This document shows, one piece after another, positions 14,245 to 24,700 of a stretch of DNA of 64,000 bases. Both the position numbers and the translations under genes were made by a program. Location of the stretch: NCBI GenBank assembly GCA_040954595.2, contig CM082594.2, positions 1,382,247 through 1,446,246 of the forward strand. Direction: 5' to 3'. The notes under the pieces are model-generated. The model searched no databases. It had not been told where the DNA came from and was given only the letters and a program-made list of their open reading frames with translations. How positions within the stretch are numbered: the stretch's first letter is position 1; each line of letters begins with the position of its first letter. This stretch comes from Balanoglossus misakiensis. Its lineage: Eukaryota; Animalia; Hemichordata.

Positions 14245-14431
14245 AGGTATATGATCACCCATGGAAAATTAGCTATAATAGTAACCATGGAAAATTGAAA
14301 TCTAGCCAATCACAGACTTTCAGTGGGAGGTACACGTGAAAAAAGAGCGCCACGATATGTTCTTTAGAAGGCTCTAATACGCCATTTCAGCCATATATGG
14401 GCATATATAAATTGGAGGTGACTGTATACCT
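14245..14431. mobile_element. TTAA-type MITE (AGGTATA...TATACCT); second copy ~53339-53517
   Basis: Terminal inverted repeats and shared internal AATACGCCATTTCAGCCATATATG. Confidence 0.65.
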
Positions 14432-15139
14432 TTTACCAATATTTGTCATATTATTGACCTTTATACCGCAATGAATTTGCAGCGACAAAAATTGGACAAA
14501 TGGCTGAATTTCATAATTGGATTTCATAATTTTGCCGTAATTCAGTTATGAAATGTGGAGAAACTCAGCAGACCAACTTTGCACCGTTATTATTCATTTT
14601 GGATTTGTTTCTCTCCTGCTAACAAAAGTGTGCTCTCACCTTATGGCATGAACATGCATTGAATTCTGAGGAAAAGGGGATTAATACTTGAGTGTATTTA
14701 CAAAGACAAACAAGCTCACTGGTAGCATTTAAAGGGGAAGTCCGGTTCAGCTACATAATTGGGTAGCTTTGAGGTCATTCTTTCAGAAAAAAACATTGTG
14801 TAGAAATTATGCATAAACCAGCTGAACAGTACTACCCTTTTAATATTTCCAAGCAAGGCAATTGGTTTACTGCAACAATTATTACTTTGAAAACACAGTG
14901 TAAAACAACAATCATGATATACCGGTAAATGTTACTTTAATAGATAGTCATACTTATATAAGCATGACTGTCTATGTTGGTCTGTAAGTTGTATTTGAAA
15001 GAAAAGTTTCATGTACGAATAGTACGAAGATTGACATTTAGTGTTCTATGTAATGGCTATAGTTTGTCATTCTATAAAAACATATATTAATTTGTGTGTA
15101 CTTCACCAATATTCTCTTCTTATTCCTAATCTTGTACAG

Positions 15140-16375
15140 CCGTGACGTGTATTGTACCCAACATTTCCAACCCAATCCCTATTCCAAATCCACGTGAAGG
15201 ATCCCTAGTCTGGAACATAGAGGAAACTGGTGATATTCTGGTGGAGTTCAATAGCACCATTACATTCTATTGTTTGGAGGGTTTTCAACTGAATGGACAG
15301 TCCACCCTGTTGTGTACAGTGGAAGGCCAGTATGATGCGGACTTTCCAACTTGCACACGTAAGTCAATATTTTTTTTTTAATCAGAAAACCTTGATATTA
15401 TTATACATCTGACATCGAGAACAATAGAATTTGGCGTATGGAAGTTGTGTGTGGTTGAACGTTGATTCACTACATATCCACATGTAGAATAACACAAACG
15501 GTGTCTTGTATTAAATATAATTAATGGAAAAAGGGCAGCGAGAGAGAGACTTTGTCCCTTAAAAAGTGATTACAGATTTATCCCAGGCTCTTCCTTCAAC
15601 TCAACTCTACGTGTATTTTCTACAGCTGCTGTCTGCAGTGAACCAGAGAGTATTGATCATGGCAGCTACGAGGTCAATGATCCCAACTACAACTATCAGA
15701 GTGAAGTGACCTATAGTTGTGACATTGGATACAACTTATATGGTAGCCATGTCAGAGTGTGTACCTACAGCAGTCAAGATGGTGATTACCGATGGAATTC
15801 CTCTCCTCCTGTCTGTCAACGTAAGTAACAGGAATGAATAATGCTATACCTTATATTCCTTAGAATTCTTTTGCATTCTATAGATTGCAATACGCATTAA
15901 AGTTATGTAACACTCTTTGATCAACAGTTGAAACTACAGCATGAGCTTTCGGGAACATGTAGTCCCCTTCTTCAGATGAACTCGTGGAAGATTCCAAGCT
16001 CATGCTGTAATTTCAACTGTTGATCAAAGAGTGCTACATAACTTTAATGCATATTGTACCGAAGATCACCACGGCAAAACTCTGAATTGTCATTCTATAG
16101 ATTCTATCATTTCTATAGAATTCAATAGAAACAGGCTTCAATACTTCAAAGAAAATATGTGCGCTATATAAGAACTCACTATTATTATTTCTAGGTGTTG
16201 ACTGTGGTTTGTTGACTGCGATTGAAGATGGCTCATGGGAATAGTGATGGCACTTGGTATGATAGTGTTGCTACACTCCAGTGTAACATGGCATATGAAG
16301 CACTTGGTAACACCAGGAGATATTGCACTGAAGATGGAACATGGAATGGCACCAGACCAAGATGTGTTGCTCAGG
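15140..16375 (+). CDS. Three CCP exons: 15140-15358, 15626-15820, 16195-16375 (last frameshifted)
   Basis: CCP motifs. The third exon is 181 nt and reads RVDCGLLTAIEDGSWE* with SDGTWYDSVATLQC in another frame (likely a 2-nt deletion near 16243). Confidence 0.85.
15890..16056 (-). mobile_element. Penelope-like retroelement remnant (inverted terminal segments)
   Basis: A ~55-bp inverted repeat (15890-15947 / 15996-16056) flanks a hammerhead-like core, as in truncated Penelope insertions. Confidence 0.55.
15941..15978 (-). ncRNA. Minimal type I hammerhead ribozyme motif (Penelope type)
   Basis: Minus strand CAU-CUGAAGA-A-GGGGAC(UACAU)GUUCCC-GAAA-GCUC/AUG: core boxes, 6-bp stem II, palindromic AGCU stem III, CUC cleavage triplet, 3-bp stem I. 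Confidence 0.55.
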
Positions 16376-16791
16376 GTAACGTAGAAAAGAATATTTCTTT
16401 CAGAGAAGCAATCACTTCTGTTTGATAATAGTTATACTCTGATGAAATTCATGACATTCACACACAATGTGTTGTTTGAATACAGTGTAAAATGGGGAAT
16501 TTTTGGGCCAGACATTTTCGCAATATCAAAAAAGGCGACTGTTACACTGCGACTACTACTTTTTCACTTTCTTGTATTTCACTGCATCGTTATTTCCGAA
16601 AAACATTTTAAGCAACTTCGAAAACTACATACAAATATATAGATGTCCATAGAAATTATTTAAACTTATATAGAAATTCAAAAGGCTAATGAATTCTGTA
16701 GAATGATGTATATAGAATGTTTTTGTAAGGAATGACTTCTGTCTGAGTTGATGATTTAATATTGATAAGATACTTTGCTTCTTGACCTCAG

Positions 16792-16971
16792 GAGAATGTC
16801 AAGATCCTGGTACACCAGTCAACGGTCAGAGACATGGCAATGATTTCGACATTGGTTCTATAGTGTCATTCAGTTGTGACTATGGATTCACACCAAGCCA
16901 TCCAAACCCTTTGATGTGTGAAGGAGATGTTGTGACTGTGTTGCCAACAACACCTTCTACTACAACTACTG
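16792..16971 (+). CDS. N-terminal three quarters of a split CCP domain
   Basis: ECQDPGTPVNGQRHGNDFDIGSIVSFSCDYGFTPSHPNPLMC then Thr-rich sequence; the W...P.C ending is absent. Confidence 0.85.
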
Positions 16972-17180
16972 GTGTGTATATACTGTTGTTATAAACATCG
17001 TGGTGTGCTGAAACAGTACCGTGATAACTTCTATGTTCATGTAGTGTGATATATGGAGAAATGGTTCAGAATGCCCGCTTCCAAAACAACAGAGAGGCTT
17101 TAAAAGCTATTTGAATGTTGAAGTGAAACTTGACAAACAGAATTCAATCAGCATAACCTCTATTGCCTCCATTGTCATAG

Positions 17181-18240
17181 AAACGGAAACGGTCACAGAC
17201 ATGTCAACTGCAGAGCTTGGGACGACAGAAATGGATGGAACTGATAGAGCGGCAACAGAAGAGGAAGAAGTGACCACATTGCGGATGAAAATCTCCACAG
17301 CAGCTGCAGACACAGATGTTATGAGAACCACCAAGAGAGCACAGACAGATGGCATGGTAACCACAACGGCAAAAGTACACACAGATGATGTGGCAACCAC
17401 GGCGACAAAAGTACACACAGATGATTTGGTAACCACGACGGCAAGAGTACACACTGATGCTCAAACAAGAGATGCAACAGGTACGTCAAGTACAAACATC
17501 CACTGAATATCTGAAAACAATATGACAAGTTTACTTTACAGATGTCCTCTCAGTGGAAGTGAAAGTATCTCATTTCTTTTAATTGTGGATTTTTGGTTTC
17601 TCATTTGTTAGCATAATGAAAAGCTGTATAATACAGGGGTCACCATGCTTGAATTTAGTCATGGCCTTGTGTAGTTGAAAAACAAACAAACAGCTGAGTC
17701 AGCATTTCTTCACCCAAAAACATTTAACGATATTTATCTCTGAATAGACTGTGGTGACCATACAATTTTATTTGACCAATGAATTTATTTTCATTTAACT
17801 GAGCTAAATTGTCATGAAAATGACAATAGTAGTGAGTTTATATCAATCTAATCCCATGCGAAGAGACAAATGTGCACGAATTTGCGCAGTTTACAAGTTT
17901 ACGTTCTGTGTGTACATCAGTAATAGGTTGTGTAGCAAAATGTAGCAATAAAATCCAAATTCCATTCCAGTCAAGTTATTTATCATATAGTTATATTAAA
18001 TAATTGATATTAAATAATCATTAGTGAGATCTATGGAATCTCACATATTTTAATGCAGAATGACTTGATTTCCATATGCAGGTTATGAGGCGCCATCAAC
18101 GCAGGCAATCACTGTGACTGAAAGAAAACCAACGACAGATTCAGATAAAGAATTTACAACATCTGAAACTACTAGTGCACCACTTTCAACTAAAATATCA
18201 ACAACAAAACCAGTGACACCTTCTCATGATGTATCAACAG
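17181..18240 (+). CDS. Thr-rich mucin-like exons 17181-17480 and 18082-18240
   Basis: Phase 1-1, 300 and 159 nt; TTTAKVHTDD-type repeats. Confidence 0.8.
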
Positions 18241-18940
18241 GTAATTATACTGTGTATTCGTATAATTCGTATTCATATCAGTATTTGTCCTTTTATTGCC
18301 ACAATTTAAGAAAGGAATATATTTTGTGGCAGAGAAATGGTAAATACTTAATACCGTATACCAGTATATCTAATTTTTTACATTGGCAATATGGAGCAAG
18401 AAACATAGCATAGCGCTAGTCAAGTCTTGCCCCATTGTCACATATATAGTAAAAAATATACATTGCAATTACTGAACAATATTATGGCTTCTGCTGAATG
18501 TGTGTGTGTACCGATAAACTGTGCATATTGACTGGCAGTGAGGGCAACAGCATACATTTGTTTCCCTAAGGGACTGTGAGTCAACCCAGAACAGTCTGTT
18601 TCTAGAGGCTGAAGGCCGATGGAAACAGATTGTTTTGGGGGTAATTTGCATTCCCGAGGGGACACAAACGTATGCTGTTATCCGAACATGGCTAGTCGAT
18701 ATGTGTTTCAGTATCAGAAAGCAGCACAAATCAGGAAATTTCTCTTCTGTACATCATCAATTGGTCTTCATTGTAGATGGTATATCACCACTGTACAAGG
18801 TCCCATACCTGTAAATAAATGATAAAAGCTTACACACAAACACATTTCACCAGATTAGAAAATGTACCACACAAACCCATTTTAGGATATTAACTCTTCT
18901 TGCAGCAAAGAATATCTTGCTTGTGTTGTTGATTTTGCAG

Positions 18941-20274
18941 TCAGTAGGGATTGTGGAACCTTTGAGACTTTTGTAAACGCAACTTGTGAGAAGTACATTG
19001 AGACACCAACTGATGGTACCTGTTCATTTGGAACATTCTACACAAGTATGGTTGCTGGTATGGCCAATTTTCAAGATTCACATGTAAGTATAAAGTTAGT
19101 TCTTGAAAGTCTATGTACCGGTAAATGTTTTGCTCCAGTGTCAATACTGACCAGATTGTCTCCAATTTCTCATTGTGATTTGTAACATTGTTATGAATGA
19201 TTTTATTTTGTCTTGTTTTATGTGTTGCACTGTATTTTTTTAAATTTCTCACCCAAGATTGATTTAATCACTAAATGTACTTGAAAAAAACTGCATACTG
19301 TAGTTTTTCCAGTGTTGTCTAAAGGAGTTTTTTGGTTTGTGTAATTGCAGGTTTGCGGGCAATGCCTGAACGTGATTGGTTCAAATGATGTATCTGTAGT
19401 TGTCCGGGTAACAGACATGTGCATGTACCCGTACTGCATGAGTGATGAAGATGGTCTGGTTCTAAGTCAGGATGCTTACAACATCTTGTCAGATGGTGAA
19501 AGTCCTTCATCTCTTCTTGTATCCTACTCAGTTGTTGCCTGTCCTGAGGATGTCTCTATCAAGTTCAAGGTTTTTGAAACAACACAATTATTCACTAATT
19601 TAGATACCCTTTTCTTTAATTGCTACTTAAAAGTAAATATTTCCTGTAGTTGTCACATCACTGCAAAATTGTTTGAAACCTCACTAGCCACATTTTAAAT
19701 AGTATTTGTAAGATTGAAGTTAAAATTGTCAGGAGTGGTCCATCTGTTTCTTTACTGGAAGTTTAGATCTCTTGGAAATCAAACCAGTCTCAACTGATTT
19801 GGACTAGGGCAGATCCAGTGGGGACTAGGACATTGACAATAATGTGTTGCTCTAATTTCAAAATATTATGACCGACTAGGGACTGTCATTCATTTTTTGA
19901 GTGTACCACATTTTGATTGATTGATTTGTTGATTTAGTTTGCAGAGAGCATTTCTGCATCATTCAGCTTATTAATATTGGATCATCGTTACCCTGTCACC
20001 ACTGTGGAAGTCCACACAACTGGTCTCTGGATTACTCTAGACAGACTCAGTGATAACTTATTTGAACCACCCATTGGTTCTGGTGATATACAAGCCCCTC
20101 TCAATGTCAAGGTCTATTCGGTGTCTGGTAAAATTAACTACAGGGTTAGAGAGTTTCATTTTGGTGGGATTATTGACACCTCCAAGCAATTTCAACATTG
20201 TGAGGATGATGAGCTTGAAGTTACTACACTTCCAGACTTTGGAATAGTTACAACAATCGAGAGTACGCTTGAAG
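18941..20274 (+). CDS. Expansin-like module 1 (intact), exons 18941-19083, 19351-19569, 19938-20274
   Basis: DGTCSFG...VCGQCLNVIG...VRVTDMC..PYC...GLVLS.DAY...VACP...LDHRYPVTTVEV...W.TLDR..DNLF...PLNVKV...IIDTSKQF. Confidence 0.8.
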
Positions 20275-20512
20275 GTAAGATTGTGTTTCAGTTTCATAGT
20301 TTAGGTCCCGTTTGGTATATACCAGTATACATGTATACTATACCATGGGACCTTATGGGATCAGTTTAGTCTGTCTGTATGTATGTACTGTAAAACGGGT
20401 TATTTTCGTGATGGGAAATTTGTTTGCGATATCAATGGAGGCAATTGTTATTATGCGAGGATTAATTTTTGCATTTGCTTATTTTCTTCATGTTTCATTT
20501 CTGCCAAAACAG

Positions 20513-21459
20513 ATGAGATGCAATCTACTCAGGAGGGTCCAACAACATTGCCTGGGTACATTACAACCCGGGGGCCTGAGACTGATTCCTTCACCAGTCG
20601 GTCTACAAGAACTGAAGTGACAAGTGGTACAACAGTTTCATCTGAAGAGATCACAACTGGTCTCCACTCGACCACCCATGTTATAGTCACAGATCAGGAT
20701 GAAGTCAGCTCAGCAATATCTGAGACTTTCACAACGTCAACTCTGTCAACAACAAGCGTCAATCCAACCATATACTTTCAACAGTTGAAGATGAAGAAGA
20801 CACAACCACAGAAACAACATCAAGAACTGATATAGGCCCAACTGCAACAGATGTAACAAGTGCTGAAAGAGCAACTACTGATATCAAGCCTAACCCAACA
20901 ACAGTCGAGCCTGAAGTCACGCCTGATGTTACAGAATATGAAATCAGGTCAACAGAATCAAAGACAAGAATAGTAACAGATGTAGATACAAGTACATCCC
21001 TGCCTACAACTAGTGTCCAAGAACTGACCACCAAACGCACCGAATTTCAATCGAAATCTTCAGAACCACTTTCATCTAAAATATCAACAACAGAGTCTGC
21101 AAGTGTCAATCCAACCATACTTTCAACAGTTGAAGATGAAGAAGACACAACCACAGAGAGAACAGATATAGGCCCAACTGCAACAGATGTAACAAAAGTG
21201 CTCAAAGAGGAACAACTGACATCAAGCCTAACCCTACAACAGCTGAGCCAGTCACACCTGATGTTACAAAGTCTTTGACAACAGAATATGAAATCAGGTC
21301 AACAGAATCCAAAACAAGTACATCCCTGCCTACAACTAGTGTCAAAGAACTGACCACCGAACGCACTGAATTTCAATCGAAATCTTCAGAACCACTTTCA
21401 ACAACTAAAATATCAACAACAAAACCAGTGACACCTTCTCATGATGTAACAATTAACAG
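20513..21459 (+). CDS. Thr/Ser-rich mucin exon, frameshifted, with internal duplication
   Basis: 947 nt. Extra 2, 2 and 4 nt at ~20770, ~21195 and ~21452 relative to the intact paralogous exon 37630-38241. Confidence 0.75.
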
Positions 21460-21799
21460 GTAATTATACTACTTGTAAAAACTACGCATGTAAACTCATC
21501 TTGGGCAGCTAATGGTTGCCACAAAGAAAAAGGTCTTGTACACGTTGGTTGCAATTGCCAGCAACTGTCCAAATGCACACTATTTGGCTGAAATTCAGCA
21601 GAAGTATACAAGTCATGGAGGTGAAGAAAAATACACCTGTTTTTCAAAAATCAGTATTGTTTATGACATATAACATGAAACCATCAATTTTTGTGCATAA
21701 ATTAAGTTTTATGGTTGTGTGATTTTGATTGAACCCAAGATTACATATTGATTGAATATTAAATAATTTATCTTAATACTGGTGTTGTTGTTTTTGCAG

Positions 21800-24700
21800 T
21801 CAGTAAAGATTGTGATACCTTTGAGACTTTTGTAAACGCAACTTGTGAGAAGTACCGTGAGACACCAACTGATGGTACCTGTTCATTTGGAACATTTTAC
21901 ACAAGTATGGTTGCTGGTATGGCCAATTTTCAAGATTTACATGTAAGTATAGATAACGTTAGTTCTGAAAGTCCTTGTACATGATTGGCTGTGATGTCAA
22001 TACTGACCAGATAGTCTCTCATTTTGAGTCATTGTGATTTGTAACAACTTTTGTTATGAATAATTTTATTTCATCGTGTTTGTCTAAGTTTGTGTGTTGC
22101 ACTGTTTTTCTTTGAAATTTCCTCAGCTTAATTTGATTAAGCACTTAAACCAAAACCTGCAGTGTTGTCTAAAGAAGGAGTTAGTTGGTTTGTTGAAATA
22201 GTATACATGCATTTTGATACCTTCATGTGTGATTGCAGGTTTGTGGGCAATGCCTGAACGTGATTGGTTCAAATGATGCATCTGTAGTTGTCCGGGTAAC
22301 AGACATGTGCATGTACCCATACTGCATGATTGATGAAGATGGTCTGGTTCTAAGTGGGGATGCTTACAACATCTTGTCAGATGGTGAAAGTCCTTCATCT
22401 CTTCTTGTATCCTACTCAGTTGTTGCCTGTCCTGAGGATGTCTCTATCAAGTTCAAGGTTTGTGAAACAACACAAGTATTAACTAATTTAGATACCCTTG
22501 TCTTAAATTGCTACTTAAAAGTAAATATTCACTTGTAGTTGTCTTATCACTGCAAAATTGTTTGAAACCTCACAAGCCATCTTCTTAACAGTATTTTTAA
22601 CTCATGATTGTCTATGGGGCCGAGCCTCAACGCATATACACAAACTTTGTGTGTGTGGACACAATGCTCTGAGTTTATCATAGGCAAATAGTGTCTCACA
22701 TTTTTCTCTGTGTGAACCTGGTATGTGTCATTCATTTTGTGAGTGTATCACATATTGATTGATTGATTTGTTTATTTAGTTTGCAGAGAGCATTTCTGCA
22801 TCATTCAGCTTATTAACCCTCTTGCTACCGGGGGTCAAAACCCGTTGGGCCGCCGACTCGTTACGAGACCGCCTCTACACCCGCTGGATTACCAGGCTTT
22901 TTGCCTGAAAATTGGGTTTTTGGAGGGTCATTTTAGCTGCTTTTGAACGTGCTAGACTTCAAGTTTGGCACAGTCCCGTGTCGGCGGGACCTCAAACAAC
23001 AATTAACCGGGTAAAAGTTGTGGGGTCATCGGGTTCGTTCCCCTGGGAGGGGAGCGTCTGTAAACGTCGTTTCGAGGCTTACTTTTACGAAAATAAAGTT
23101 AGTGTGTTAGTACACGCCACATCACGTCACAACAACGACACCATCAGTTATTAGTAGGGTACCCAGGGTGTACCGCCAGGGGTGTTCGGGCACCCCTTCC
23201 CCTGCCACTTTCCTGTAGGGTACGAGTTAGTTCGACACGTAATGCGAACGACTGGACACTGGCGCACAGTGTTCCGCTCTACAGCCGCCTGACAACGACT
23301 CATTCTCGCACACAAGACACACACGGACGTTGTGATAACGACACGTTGGTTAGTTACGCACAGTAGACAGACGTTCATTACGGTGTTAATACGCTATAGT
23401 TTTTTATGGTACAGGGTTGTACCGACACGGTCACAGGTAACCCGCAAGTTCTGCAGGCCCCATTGCACCATTTCGGCCAGGGGCGAGTGTCGAACCGGAC
23501 GACTATTTACACAAGACCCCCGTTACTGTGCGTCATATTAGAGGGATTAACACCACCACAGGTTGCCTCATAAATAGCACTTTATTTCCTAAAAAAGAGT
23601 GATTCGTGCACCGTTACAGTAACATCATACAATCCGTGTTTCAGTGTTTGCAAGTAACCTGTCCGTTTCTCACAGTCTGTGTTTCATTGTCCGTAAATGA
23701 GGCTCAGTCACCTCGTAGCCCTACTCAAGGGCATAATTTAGTGGGGGTCCACAGAAAAAAATGACTAAAGTCCGCGCAACGGGGCTCGTTCAAGACAAGC
23801 CCATGTCACAATCCGTGTTTCAGTGTCCGCAAGTAACCTGTCCGTTTCTCACAGTCCGTGTTTCATTGTCCGTAAATGAGGCTCGGTCACCTCGTAGCCC
23901 TACTCAAGGGCATAATTTAGTGGGGGTCCACAGAAAAAAATGACTAAAGTCCGCGCAAACGGGGCTCGTTCAAGACGAGCCCATGTCACAATCCGTGTTT
24001 CAGTGTCCGCAAGTAACCTGTCCGTTTCTCACAGTCCGTGTTTCATTGTCCGTAAATGAGGCTCGGTCACCTCGTAGCCCTACTCAAGGGCATAATTTAG
24101 TGGGGGTCCACAGAAAAAAATGACTAAAGTCCGCACAAATGCCAGGGCTGGTTCACCGGAAGCCCGTGTCACCCTCTCGGGAGGGGAATAATTTAGGAAT
24201 GGTCCGTGTTTCTGGAACTTCGCCGGAGCGGTTTGTCCCGTCTCGGCTGCCGAACTCGCACATCTCCTTCTGGAAACTGTGTCCCGATGCTCTTCTTTCC
24301 TCGTAGCATCATATGGTGGTGGAACGAGGCGAAGCATTCTCCTTGATGCAAATGCACTTGGCAGAGCGCACATCCCATGACAGTCTCCGAACGCCGTCCA
24401 GAAAGGGTCCTCTTGCCTTCCCTACTGCATAGCTTGCAGGTTTTCTGCCGTCCAGGTAATCTACTTTCGACGTGTTGGGGTATGTTTCCAGGGAAAATGA
24501 AAGAGCTGTCAGTAACTGTGCGCTCTATTTCCCGTACGTTGCCTTGACCACGACTGGTGAATCCGCCAATGAGTTGCTTCCCAACACGTAGGTTGAAGAA
24601 CTTGTGCTTCACCTTGGTCTGGGGGTTAAGGTCTTTGAAACATACGTAAGCATTCGTCAATGCTACATCCATCAGGTACCAGGCCATGTATACCCACCAG

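Noticed and set aside
18941-20274. Expansin module as a separate nested or contaminant gene
   Set aside because: No start codon, signal peptide or stop of its own; it has spliceosomal introns and phase-1 borders matching the host exons.
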